A DNA stretch of 64,000 bases from a bacterium (GTDB taxonomy: Bacteria > Patescibacteriota > Minisyncoccia > Phycocordibacterales > VMGT01): NCBI GenBank assembly GCA_030697645.1, contig JAUYPI010000014.1, positions 12,136-76,135 on the forward strand, read 5' to 3'. Below are positions 36,927 through 46,147 of this stretch, in pieces. Both the position numbers and the translations under genes were made by a program. Within the stretch, counting starts at the first letter, position 1; each line of letters begins with the position of its first letter. Under the pieces are notes generated by a model. That model ran no database searches. It saw nothing but the letters and a program-made list of their open reading frames with translations, and was not told the DNA's origin.

Positions 36927-37385
36927 TCAACCACGAATTTTGATTATCACGAGCCGCGCGGTGGCGGAAGCAACGTGCTGATGCGGCACGCCGGGCGGGA
37001 TCCAGAGCCAGTCGCCGGGGCGCAGGGCGTACGTCGTGCCATCCTCAATCCGCTCGCCAACAAGCTCGTCTGGATTGGACGAGCCGTCCTCCCGTGCTCG
37101 TTTGGTGGCACCGATAAGCTCCCCGTTGACGAGGAACGTCACCTCGCCCGCAAGACACTGCCAGAGATCCCCCTCGCGGCGGTGTATCTCCGGCGCATTT
37201 TCGACGGCGCTGTCTTCAAGGATGCCGAATGGCATCTCGGTCACACCAGCCGGAAGCGGCAGCATCCGCCTCCCCTGCTGCGGCTTTTCTCGAAGCAGCT
37301 CCAAGAGAGCGCTCTGTGAAAAATATCGTGCCTCAATCATGAAATGGTGCACTTCATACAACCGCAAAAAACAGGCACGCGTCAC
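36927..37385 (-). CDS. Cupin-domain protein
   Basis: C-terminal cupin motifs (GDWLWIPPGVPHQH). Confidence 0.5.
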   Translation of the reverse strand: MTRACFLRLYEVHHFMIEARYFSQSALLELLREKPQQGRRMLPLPAGVTEMPFGILEDSAVENAPEIHRREGDLWQCLAGEVTFLVNGELIGATKRAREDGSSNPDELVGERIEDGTTYALRPGDWLWIPPGVPHQHVASATARLVIIKIRG

Positions 37386-38389
37386 TCGTGGCTACGCTGC
37401 GGCAGTCGCACGATGGCGCCTGTCTCGAGCGACTCGCGGGCGGCAAGCGCGACGTCGAGGGTGGCGACGGCCTCGGAGAGCGGCACCTGCGATTCTTCTT
37501 CTCCGCGGATGACTCTCAAAAAATGTACGACTTCGTCGAGGTACATCTGATTTTTATCAAACGGCTCATCGAGGCCGACCCGGCGCGGGGACGCTGCACT
37601 CGTGCGGGAAAAAATGCTAGCGCAATTTGAAAAGTAGTCCCACTCGATCTGTCCCCCCGTGCCAACGAGAGAGAAATCGCGCCGCGGAGGACGCGCGAGA
37701 TAGTCCAAATGCAGCGCGCCGATGCAGCCGGATTCAAACTCAAGGAGGATGTCGGCCACGTCTTCAACGTCAATATCTAAATTGCTTTTGTGCCCGCCGA
37801 GGCAGTAGACGCTCCTCACGGCGCCAAAAAGCCACAGGGCGTAATCAATCTCATGGCTCAAAGTGAGGATCACGCCGCCGCCGAGCTCTCTCAGAGCGGC
37901 ATAACTGCTGCGGTAATCTTCATTTGGGTGCCAATCCGGCAGAAACTGACCGACACTGATGCGGGCGGCAATCGGATCTCCGACCTCGCGCTCATCCACC
38001 GCTTTTTTAATGGCACGAAGCAGTGGATGAAACCGCAGGTGATAACCGACGTATACACAGCGCTTCTTTGCCTCGGCCGCAGCAAAGATTTCCTCGACAT
38101 GCTCGGCCGATGCGGCAAGCGGCTTCTCCACAAATACATGACCGCCCTCCGCGAGCGCCGCGAGCGTATCCCGCGCATGAAATACAGTCGGGTTGGTAAT
38201 AAAAACCGCGTCCGGCCTTACAGAAAAACCGTCTTCGAGCGAGCGGACGCGTCGAACGCCGCACTCGATCTCCGCGCTCGCCACCCTCTCGCTCGTGCGA
38301 TACGCCACGAAATCTCTATAGCCGAGCGCATAGAGATTGCGCACATGCCGCTCGCCGATAGACCCAAGACCGAGAAATAAAAATCGCAT
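37382..38389 (-). CDS. Gfo/Idh/MocA family oxidoreductase
   Basis: LGLGSIGERH Rossmann motif, VFVEKPLA motif. Confidence 0.75.
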   Translation of the reverse strand: MRFLFLGLGSIGERHVRNLYALGYRDFVAYRTSERVASAEIECGVRRVRSLEDGFSVRPDAVFITNPTVFHARDTLAALAEGGHVFVEKPLAASAEHVEEIFAAAEAKKRCVYVGYHLRFHPLLRAIKKAVDEREVGDPIAARISVGQFLPDWHPNEDYRSSYAALRELGGGVILTLSHEIDYALWLFGAVRSVYCLGGHKSNLDIDVEDVADILLEFESGCIGALHLDYLARPPRRDFSLVGTGGQIEWDYFSNCASIFSRTSAASPRRVGLDEPFDKNQMYLDEVVHFLRVIRGEEESQVPLSEAVATLDVALAARESLETGAIVRLPQRSHE

Positions 38390-38404
38390 AAAGAGACCAC
38401 TCGC

Positions 38405-38600
38405 TTAAGCAAGTGCGCACACCTTTTATTTTTGTGCATTGCGAGAGGTGTTTAGGAAATGGCGAGCCGAGTAGAAAAATGCAGCTGTCTGAGGCCGACC
38501 AGGAGGGAGGCCGAGTTCTGCATTTTTCGTAGACGAGGCGACACCATTTCCAGACACTTCAAGCACGAGCACAAAAATAAAAGGTGTAAGCACTAAAATT
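38405..38600. repeat. Structured palindromic element, family 2, copy 1 (about 195 bp)
   Basis: Perfect 20-bp outer inverted repeat (acaccttttatttttgtgc / gcacaaaaataaaaggtgt) around the conserved core gcgagaggtgtttaggaaa...gaaaaatgcag...ctgcatttttc shared with 59778-59949. Confidence 0.85.
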
Positions 38601-38644
38601 GCTCAAACTCGATATTTTTGCTACAGTCATGAGAACTTTTAGAG

Positions 38645-39469
38645 ATGAAAAAGACACGACGCGCCAGCCCCATAGATAAACTTTTTAGTCTCTCCGGAAA
38701 GACCGCGGTCATTACCGGCGGCTGTGGCATGCTTGGCATCGAGTATGCGACCATACTCGCTGAGGCGGGCGCTCGTGTGGTCCTCCTTGATATGCTGCCT
38801 CCCCGCACCGTGCGTGCTCGGCTCGAAACACTGCCCGCCTCCATTCGCACACGCGTCGACGGGCGCTCGATAGACATTACCGACGAATCGCGCGTCAAAA
38901 AAACATTCAAGGATATTCTCAATAAATACCAGACAGTAGACATACTCGTCAACAACGCCGCTCTCACCGATTTTTCAGACAACGCAGATCGGTGGGCGGC
39001 GTATGAAAATTTTTCGCTCCCGCTCTGGAGCAAAGAGCTTGAAGTCAGCCTCACGGGCTCGTTTCTTTGTACCCGGGCGGTCATGCCGCAGATGAAAAAA
39101 GCCCGCTCCGGAGTTATCGTGAACATCTCTTCGATATACGGGCTCGCTGCACCGGACAATCGCATCTACAAGGAAGGCGTGTATCGGTCGCTCGCCTACG
39201 CCACGGCAAAGTCCGGCATCATGAACTTTACGCGCTCACTTGCCTCCTACCTCTCACCCCACGGCATCCGAGTCAACACGCTCTCGCTCGGCGGCGTCTT
39301 TGCCGACCACGACGAGGCGTTTGTGACAGCCTATGCGGCGCGCACCATGCTCGGGAGAATGGCGAGAAAAGAAGAGTATCGCGGGCCGCTGCTTTTTCTC
39401 TGCTCCGACGCATCGGCGTATATGACCGGGAGCAACCTGGTCGTTGACGGCGGGTGGACGGCGTGGTGA
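38645..39469 (+). CDS. Short-chain dehydrogenase/reductase (SDR) family oxidoreductase
   Basis: TGGCGMLG cofactor motif, YxxxK (YATAKSG), NNAA motif. Confidence 0.8.
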   Translation: MKKTRRASPIDKLFSLSGKTAVITGGCGMLGIEYATILAEAGARVVLLDMLPPRTVRARLETLPASIRTRVDGRSIDITDESRVKKTFKDILNKYQTVDILVNNAALTDFSDNADRWAAYENFSLPLWSKELEVSLTGSFLCTRAVMPQMKKARSGVIVNISSIYGLAAPDNRIYKEGVYRSLAYATAKSGIMNFTRSLASYLSPHGIRVNTLSLGGVFADHDEAFVTAYAARTMLGRMARKEEYRGPLLFLCSDASAYMTGSNLVVDGGWTAW

Positions 39470-39488
39470 GGATCCGCCCACGAAGAAT

Positions 39489-40355
39489 ATGACAAAACCA
39501 CAAAATCTTACAACAAAAATATTCTTAGACGGCGGTGACTCGAAGGAGACGAAAGAAATTATTACCCTGCTCGGATTCCTTGATGGGCAGACGACAAACC
39601 CAACGCTCATCGCGAAAAATCCCAACGCGCAGGAGCGACTTGCCAAGGGAGATACATTCACCGAGGAAGAAATATACGATTTTTACCACGGGGTGGTGAA
39701 GGAGATAGCAACCCTTGTGCCCGAGGGCTCGGTATCGGTTGAGGTATATGCCGACAAAAACACAGCCACCGATGAGATGTTTACACAGGGAAAAGAAATG
39801 TTTTCGTGGATTCCGAACGCACACATTAAGTACCCCACGACAGCGGCCGGACTTGCGGCGGCGAGGCGTTCCGTAGAGGTAAACATGCGAGTCAACATGA
39901 CGCTGGTTTTTACCCAAGAGCAGGCGGCGGCAGTGTATGTGGCGACACGCGGCGCGAAAAAAAGCGACGTATTCGTATCTCCGTTTGTCGGGCGGCTTGA
40001 CGACAGGGGAGAGAATGGCATGGATTTGATTAAAAATATCACGAAGATGTATAAAGCCGGTGACGAGCACGTGAAAGTCTTGGTCGCGAGTGTCCGAAAT
40101 ATGGACCATTTTCTTTACGCGATACAACTTGGCTCCGACATTATTACCGCCCCTTTCAAAATTCTCAAAGAATGGGGTGGACAAGGCATGCCGATTCCGA
40201 AAGACGATTTTATATACCCCGCCAAAGGACTAAAAGAAATTCCCTATCGAGAAATTAATCTGTCAAAGGACTGGAGAGAATTTGACCTTACCCACGAACT
40301 TACCGGAAGAGGCGTTGAACGTTTTGCCGACGATTGGAACGCGCTTATCCGGTAA
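39489..40355 (+). CDS. Transaldolase-family protein (fructose-6-phosphate aldolase / TalC-like)
   Basis: IFLDGGD ... TTNPTL signature; start assigned to MTKPQN. Confidence 0.7.
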   Translation: MTKPQNLTTKIFLDGGDSKETKEIITLLGFLDGQTTNPTLIAKNPNAQERLAKGDTFTEEEIYDFYHGVVKEIATLVPEGSVSVEVYADKNTATDEMFTQGKEMFSWIPNAHIKYPTTAAGLAAARRSVEVNMRVNMTLVFTQEQAAAVYVATRGAKKSDVFVSPFVGRLDDRGENGMDLIKNITKMYKAGDEHVKVLVASVRNMDHFLYAIQLGSDIITAPFKILKEWGGQGMPIPKDDFIYPAKGLKEIPYREINLSKDWREFDLTHELTGRGVERFADDWNALIR

Positions 40356-40518
40356 ATATACGCACCCAAATCAGATTTGCGAAAATATTTCCGCGAATGT
40401 CCTTATTTTAGGACGTTTGTTCCGGTAAATTTTGGCAAACCTGTGTCATTTTGGCATAAAGTGCGCCAGATTATAAAAACAAGAGCGCGGCCCAAAAAAT
40501 TTTCGCGAGAAGCCCATC

Positions 40519-41286
40519 ATGAAAAAAGACGCAAAAATACTTGTATTCATCCCCGCCCGCGGAGGGAGCAAAAGGGTGCAGGGGAAAAATACCCGCCCAT
40601 TTGCGGGGAAACCCCTGATCTCATACACGATTCGCATGGCAAAGACACTGAGGGGCGCTGATTTCCGAATCATCGTCTCGACCGAGGACGAGAAGATAGC
40701 GCAGGTGGCACGGCGCTTCGGGGCAGAAGTGCCTTTCTTGAGACCGCAGAGCCTCGCGCAGGATGACAGCCTCGTTGCCGACAGCGCGCTCCACCTCCTC
40801 GCAAGACTAAGACAAGACGAAGGGTATGTGCCGGATTACATCATGCACCTGCAGCCGCCCTCGCCTCTTGCGGAAGCAGAGGATGTATACCGGTGTATCG
40901 AAGCTCTCAGGCGCGATCAAAAAGCAGATGCGGCGCTCACGGTCTGCTCTACCCACCCGCTGCTCTACCGCTTAGGAGAAGGGAGCTATCTTGAGCTCGC
41001 CAATAAAAAAATAGCCGTTGATAAAAGGTTTATGCGGCGAGGCAGGATTACTGGTTTCCAAGGGCAAAAATTCCATCCCGCCTACAAACTCAACGGCTGC
41101 TTCGTCTATCTGGTCAAATACGCGGCGTTTGTACGAGAAAAAACCTTCCAACCAAAACGCACCCTCGCCGTCGTTGTTGACGCGTGGCGTTCCATAGACA
41201 TTGATACGCCGGATGATTTTGTACTCGCCGAAACGATTTATCGTAACCGACAAAAAATTCGACGCGCCCTTGCGTCATTTATATAA
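40519..41286 (+). CDS. Acylneuraminate cytidylyltransferase family, paralog 3
   Basis: ILVFIPARGGSKRVQGKNTRPFAGKPL motif. Confidence 0.8.
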   Translation: MKKDAKILVFIPARGGSKRVQGKNTRPFAGKPLISYTIRMAKTLRGADFRIIVSTEDEKIAQVARRFGAEVPFLRPQSLAQDDSLVADSALHLLARLRQDEGYVPDYIMHLQPPSPLAEAEDVYRCIEALRRDQKADAALTVCSTHPLLYRLGEGSYLELANKKIAVDKRFMRRGRITGFQGQKFHPAYKLNGCFVYLVKYAAFVREKTFQPKRTLAVVVDAWRSIDIDTPDDFVLAETIYRNRQKIRRALASFI

Positions 41287-41291
41287 AGGCA

Positions 41292-41516
41292 TCACAGGAG
41301 CGTTCGGAGCTCCTCGACGCTTACGTTTGCATCGCGCAGTATGCTTTTCAATGTTTTGGGGTGAAGTATGGTGCTGCCGTGAGCAGGAACCGTGGCGCGG
41401 CTGCCTGCTTTGTTGCGGTAGATCACGTGACTACCACTTTGGCGAGTAACAAAAAAGCCGCTCTTTTCAAGAACAGCCGAGATTTGTTTTGCAGTGAGAC
41501 GTGGAAGCCGGGGCAT
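41292..41516 (-). CDS. hicA: HicA-family toxin (mRNA interferase) of a type II toxin-antitoxin pair
   Basis: About 75 aa with KQISAVLEKSGFFVTRQSGSHVIYRN ... TVPAHGSTILHPKTLKSILRDA, the canonical HicA pattern including the catalytic His. The start could be 41558 if the upstream Met is used. Confidence 0.7.
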   Translation of the reverse strand: MPRLPRLTAKQISAVLEKSGFFVTRQSGSHVIYRNKAGSRATVPAHGSTILHPKTLKSILRDANVSVEELRTLL

Positions 41517-41541
41517 GGGTGACAGTCCTTGGCCACGCTCT

Positions 41542-41769
41542 CTACGCGGCAACAGCAACCGAGGCGACGCTCACCGAGCGCCCGGTGGGGATTATTTCTC
41601 GTTCTGCAGCACGATCGTCGAGGTGCAACTTTATGGCATCGCGTATGTTCTTCAGCGCTTCTTCGTATGTTTGTCCTTGGCTGTAGCACCCTTGTAATTC
41701 AGGGCAGGAAACGAAATATCCGTTTTTGTCTTGTTCTACGACGATGGCGAAGTGGTAGTAGTTTTTCAT
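41542..41769 (-). CDS. hicB: HicB-family antitoxin (RNase H-like fold partner of HicA)
   Basis: HFAIVVEQDKNGYFVSCPELQGCYSQGQTYEEALKNIRDAI matches the HicB/UPF0150 N-terminal domain and lies immediately upstream of hicA. Confidence 0.65.
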   Translation of the reverse strand: MKNYYHFAIVVEQDKNGYFVSCPELQGCYSQGQTYEEALKNIRDAIKLHLDDRAAEREIIPTGRSVSVASVAVAA

Positions 41770-41966
41770 GACTTAAGAGTAAACGACAACGGCTGGAAAA
41801 TCAAATCCCATGTTAAGAAATTCCAGCAAGAAAAGCATCCCTCCTGCGCGGGGCAGAGGGCTGCTGTTATCAGCGTAGACACAGAGAGGCCGTGGCGAAG
41901 CTGGTACGACTTTCGTACAGAGTTCTGCCACAGAATCCGCAGGAGAGTGTACCACGCTGCAGCCGC

Positions 41967-43127
41967 TTAGTCAACAAACTGTTTCTGTATCGGCACCGAT
42001 GCGAGGTTGAGGCTCTTTAAAATAGAGACGATGCGCTCGGCGGACTGGCCGTCGCCGTAGATATTCTTGACACGGCGGACTCTGCGGCGGAATCCCTCGT
42101 CCGTAAGCGCTGTGCGGATGGCGTGCTCGATTGCCGATGCGTCATGGGGAACGTCTATCACGTTTCCCGCTCTCTCTCTACCCTGCTGCCGCGAGCCGAT
42201 GTTGATTGTCGGCACGCGAAATGTCGCAGACTCGTGAATGCCGCTTGAAGAGTTGCCGACGAGTGCCGCGGCATGACGCAGCACGTTTGCGTAGTGCTCT
42301 GGAGACAGGCTCTTGAGACGTTTCAGCCGCGCGCCGCGCCTGATCCTCTTCACGATCGCTTCGGCCCCCGCATCGTTATTCGGATACAGAACGACCGCCT
42401 CGACGTTCGTTTTCGCTATAGCACGGAGTGTGATCTCGATCTGTTTTTCCGCATCGTGCATTTCCGTCGTTACCGGGTGCTGCACAACGAGGAGATATGG
42501 TGCCTGCGGGTCTACCCCCGCAATGCGGCATGTATCTTCTCGAGAGAGAATCGGGGCCGCGAGCAGCGCATCTATCGAAGGGCAGCCGACGGGGAAAATG
42601 AAACGCGGGTCCTCACCCATGCGCTTGAGACGCCGCGCAGCGCTCTTCGTTGCAGGAAAATGGATGTGCGCGAATTTACTCATCGCGTGCCGGAGCGATT
42701 CGTCAATGCTCCCCGTCACTTCACCGCCCTGGATATGCGCAACGGGGATGTTGAGATGCGCGCCGACGACCGCTGCGGCGAAATTGGCCCCAATATCAAA
42801 ACCGGTAAGCACAAGGTCGGGCTCGAGTTTTTCAAACAGGTCCGTAAGCGCGATCATCACGCGGCCGCAGCCGCGCGTCATGTGGCCACCGGTGTCGCGC
42901 ACCACCCGCTCCGGGAACATGGGAATCGTTGCGGCGATGTCGAACCCATCCTTTTTTATACTGTTGATATCTTCGCCGCGACTCTTTAAGAGCGATACTC
43001 CGGTGACAATAAGCCGGTACTCAAAAAAAGGGTCGCTCCGCAGGAGCGAGAGAATCGGCTTGAAGCGGGAGTAGTCCGCGCGGCGCTCGGAGACGAGCGC
43101 GACACGGAGCGGGCGTGTGGGGATCAT
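41967..43127 (-). CDS. UDP-N-acetylglucosamine 2-epimerase, hydrolysing type (NeuC/LegG-like)
   Basis: Two-domain GT-B-like epimerase with HIQGGE and NSSSG motifs typical of NeuC-family enzymes. Confidence 0.7.
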   Translation of the reverse strand: MIPTRPLRVALVSERRADYSRFKPILSLLRSDPFFEYRLIVTGVSLLKSRGEDINSIKKDGFDIAATIPMFPERVVRDTGGHMTRGCGRVMIALTDLFEKLEPDLVLTGFDIGANFAAAVVGAHLNIPVAHIQGGEVTGSIDESLRHAMSKFAHIHFPATKSAARRLKRMGEDPRFIFPVGCPSIDALLAAPILSREDTCRIAGVDPQAPYLLVVQHPVTTEMHDAEKQIEITLRAIAKTNVEAVVLYPNNDAGAEAIVKRIRRGARLKRLKSLSPEHYANVLRHAAALVGNSSSGIHESATFRVPTINIGSRQQGRERAGNVIDVPHDASAIEHAIRTALTDEGFRRRVRRVKNIYGDGQSAERIVSILKSLNLASVPIQKQFVD

Positions 43128-43184
43128 AACAAAAACTCAAAGTGTAAAATGCAAAGCGAAAAATAACAGTGCAAAAAGCAAAAC

Positions 43185-43325
43185 AAATTTCCAATTTCCA
43201 AAAAACCCGTCTCCAAACAAATCTCAAATTCCAATGCGTCAAATCTCAAACACGTACGTCGTGTTTGGAAATTGAAATTTGAATCATTTGTTTGAAGCTT
43301 GTTTTTTGGAATTTTGAATTTTGCT
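43185..43325. repeat. Palindromic intergenic repeat element, family 1, copy B
   Basis: ccaaacaaatctcaaattccaatgcgtcaaatctcaaacacgtacgtcgtgtttgga core. Its outer left arm is the reverse complement of the outer right arm of copy C. Confidence 0.85.
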
Positions 43326-43375
43326 GTGTTGTTTTGCAATTTTCGTTTTGCGATTTGCGCTTTATGTCATGTACG

Positions 43376-44392
43376 CTACCACCCAGCGCGGTCGAGGAGC
43401 GCCGAGATGTCGTCCTTCCCAAGCGGCGCCACGGCTCTCGTGAGGTATGTCTCCGAGGTACGCGGGAGAGCGCCAGCGTAGGTATACTGATCTGCGGCGA
43501 CGTCCGCAGTCGCTATCTGCGGGACGATGATAAAGTGGCGCTCAGTCTCAAGCGCGGTACGCGCCTCGTCCTCGGTGAGGAGCCCTTCGTGGATTTTCTC
43601 CCCCGGCCGAATCACTCCGTAGACCACGCGCGCTGGGGGGGAAGTGAAACGCTCTGCGCACACCTCCGCCAAATCCGCAATCTTGAGCGCGGGCATCTTC
43701 AGGACGAAAATGTCTCCGCCGCGCGCTCTCATCAGAGCCTCAAAGACGAGCTCGACCGCATCGGGTATCGTCATGAAAAACCGCGTCATATCCGGATGCG
43801 TTACCGTGAGCGCTCCAGCTCGCGCCTGCTCGTGAAAAAGCGGCAACACCGAGCCGACGGTACCGAGAACATTGCCAAACCGCACCGTCGTAAAAATTTT
43901 CCCTCTTTTCCCCTGAATGTAATGGGCTGCTGTTATGAGTCGTTCAGCGAGGAGCTTCGACGCCCCCATGGTGGAGGTCGGTGCCACTGCCTTATCGGTG
44001 GAGATCATCACCGTGTGCGTAATGGTCGGCGTGTTGAGCGCCGCACTGACCACATGCTGCGTACCGATAACATTGGTCTGCACCGCCTCGAATGGATTAT
44101 ACTCCCCCTGCGGCACATACTTAAACGCCGCCGCGTGGAAAATGATGTCCACATCCTCACACGCAGACATGAGGCGGTCCCGATCTCGAATATCGCCAAG
44201 GATATAGCGCAGACGACGATCTCGAGCGAACGCGTCCTCGACCTCAATCTGCTTAATGGCGTCGCGCGAGAAAATACGGACGACGGCAGGATCGAACGAC
44301 AGCAGTTGGTTCACAATCACGCGGCCGATCGAGCCGGTACCGCCGGTGACCAAAATCTTTTTACCGCGAATGAATGAAGCAGGGTCGGACAT
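43376..44392 (-). CDS. UDP-GlcNAc 4,6-dehydratase of the PseB/FlaA1/CapD (short form) family
   Basis: ILVTGGTGSIG, YGASK catalytic motif, overall FlaA1-like architecture. Start assigned to MSDPAS, because the longer ORF N-terminus is encoded by the repeat element. Confidence 0.75.
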   Translation of the reverse strand: MSDPASFIRGKKILVTGGTGSIGRVIVNQLLSFDPAVVRIFSRDAIKQIEVEDAFARDRRLRYILGDIRDRDRLMSACEDVDIIFHAAAFKYVPQGEYNPFEAVQTNVIGTQHVVSAALNTPTITHTVMISTDKAVAPTSTMGASKLLAERLITAAHYIQGKRGKIFTTVRFGNVLGTVGSVLPLFHEQARAGALTVTHPDMTRFFMTIPDAVELVFEALMRARGGDIFVLKMPALKIADLAEVCAERFTSPPARVVYGVIRPGEKIHEGLLTEDEARTALETERHFIIVPQIATADVAADQYTYAGALPRTSETYLTRAVAPLGKDDISALLDRAGW

Positions 44393-44399
44393 ATCGTAG

Positions 44400-44560
44400 A
44401 ATAAATTCCAAGCTCCAACCAACAATTTCCAAACAAACTTCAAATTCCAATGCGCCAAATCCCAAACTCTCACGTCGTGTTTAGTCCGCCAGCTGGCGGA
44501 TTGGATTTTGAATATTGTGATTTGTTTGGAGACGGGTTTTTTGGAATTTGGAAATTCGAG
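44400..44560. repeat. Palindromic intergenic repeat element, family 1, copy C
   Basis: Left arm nearly identical to copy A; right arm atttgtttggagacgggttttttggaatttgg is the reverse complement of copy B's left arm. Confidence 0.85.
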
Positions 44561-44567
44561 CTTTGTA

Positions 44568-45644
44568 TCACGGCACCACCATCTTCCAGCTCAGTTGGCT
44601 ATCCTTCTTGATTGGCCGTTTTGCGCGCATACCAAGGAGCCGCTTAAAATCAACCGCTCGTATCTCTCCGGTACCCGGCCTCTTCACCCATATATTCTCG
44701 CGCGTCAAGAGCTCCCCGCGCGCAATGTCCTGAATCGCTACCACAGAGGCGTACGCGAAGTCAATGGTCGGCTTTTCTGCGGCCAGTATGCGCTTGCTGC
44801 CCCCGCGCGCCGCAAAAATCGCGCGACTGCCCACGATGAGCTCGCGGAGCTCTCCGGGCATAATCGAAATCGCGATGTCCGGCCCGGGCCAACGCCTCTC
44901 CGAAGTAAAGTGCTTTTCGAGAATGGATGCACCCAGTGCAACTGCGGCAAGAGCAGTATAGATACCGAGCGAATGATCACTCGAACCTATGACTGCGCGC
45001 GGAAAGGCCCGCGCGAGCTCCGCGATCGCGCCAAGGCGCACGCTCTCATACGGCGTCGGGTAGAGCGAAGTGCAATGAAGCAACGCGTACGATACAGAAC
45101 GCCGCTCGAGGATGCGCACTGCCGGCCGGATAGAGCGGAGATCGTTCATGCCGGTCGAGAGGATTATCGGCTTCCCGAATGACGCGATGTGCTCGACCAA
45201 GGGGTAATTGTTGCACTCGCCGGAGCCAATCTTGTAGGCATGAACACCCAAGCGCTCGAGCCTGTCCGCCGCGGCGCGCGAGAATGGTGTGCAGAGGTAG
45301 ATCAGGCCGAGCGATTCGGTAAACTTTTTCAATTCGCGCTCCTGGTCCTCATCGAACGCGCACCGCGCCATGATGTCCCAGATCGATTCTTTCGTATGAC
45401 CCGGAATGACTTTCTTCGCGACGGGCGTCATCTCGTCCTCGATTACATGCGACTGAAATTTTACGCACTCGGCACCAGCCTTTGCCGCATCAGACACCAT
45501 GCGTTTTGCCTTGCGCATGTCGCCTTCATGGTTGATGCCGATTTCCGCAATCACAAACGGCGGGTAGTCCGCGCCAATAACCCGCTTCCCTATAGTGAGT
45601 GATGGTTTTTTTGCCCTTGCCATATCGTCACTTATGACTAACAC
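44568..45644 (-). CDS. Nonulosonic acid synthase (NeuB/LegI/PseI family) with C-terminal SAF domain
   Basis: AEIGINHEGD, KFQ, SDHS motifs plus the C-terminal SAF/antifreeze-like domain (ENIWVKRPGTG). Confidence 0.8.
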   Translation of the reverse strand: MLVISDDMARAKKPSLTIGKRVIGADYPPFVIAEIGINHEGDMRKAKRMVSDAAKAGAECVKFQSHVIEDEMTPVAKKVIPGHTKESIWDIMARCAFDEDQERELKKFTESLGLIYLCTPFSRAAADRLERLGVHAYKIGSGECNNYPLVEHIASFGKPIILSTGMNDLRSIRPAVRILERRSVSYALLHCTSLYPTPYESVRLGAIAELARAFPRAVIGSSDHSLGIYTALAAVALGASILEKHFTSERRWPGPDIAISIMPGELRELIVGSRAIFAARGGSKRILAAEKPTIDFAYASVVAIQDIARGELLTRENIWVKRPGTGEIRAVDFKRLLGMRAKRPIKKDSQLSWKMVVP

Positions 45645-45724
45645 GACACACGCCCACTAGCAAGGACGCATGCGCCATCGATTTCATCTTGCTCACAGAG
45701 CAACCTCATGGTATTTTATTCTCC

Positions 45725-46147
45725 ATGAAAAGAAAGTCGGGTCCGCGCCCCGGGACGAGTATCGGAGTTGATCTTGAACAGATACGCCGTTTCCGGGCAC
45801 ACTCGTTTTCAAAAGAGAAAAGATTTTGGGTACATATTTTTTCCGCACGAGAACTGGAGCGACTTGCGACGTATACAGATCCCTATCCTCATGCGGCGGG
45901 TATGTTTACGGCAAAAGAGGCCGTCGTAAAATCACTTTCTTTTTTTAAGAAAAAATTATCCATTCGAGACATTGAGGTGCTCCACGAAAAAGATGGCCGC
46001 CCTATTGTTTTTATACGGAGCTTAAAAGACATGACGTGCCAGGTGAGTATCTCGCACACGCTCGAGTATGCATGCGCCGCCGCCGTGTGCCAGGAAACAA
46101 CCTCCAATAAAAAGTATGGAACAAAAAGAAATACGAGAGCGGATTAA
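45725..46147 (+). CDS. 4'-phosphopantetheinyl transferase (AcpS-type holo-ACP synthase)
   Basis: GVDLEQIRRF ... FTAKEAVVKS ... SISHT motifs. Confidence 0.65.
   Translation: MKRKSGPRPGTSIGVDLEQIRRFRAHSFSKEKRFWVHIFSARELERLATYTDPYPHAAGMFTAKEAVVKSLSFFKKKLSIRDIEVLHEKDGRPIVFIRSLKDMTCQVSISHTLEYACAAAVCQETTSNKKYGTKRNTRAD

Noticed and set aside
43021-43242. ORF N-termini of the form MxHWNL(K/S/R)FVW(K/R)LL... at 43021-43242, 43376-44473 and 31160-32074
   Set aside because: They are encoded by the family-1 palindromic repeat element itself, so the identical 'peptide' recurs wherever the repeat does. They were treated as artefacts, and the adjacent real genes were given downstream starts.
43185-44560. 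Integron gene cassette / attC interpretation of the palindromes flanking the PseB-like gene
   Set aside because: No GTTRRRY core sites, no integrase gene in the window, and elements occur on both sides of the gene rather than only 3' of it.
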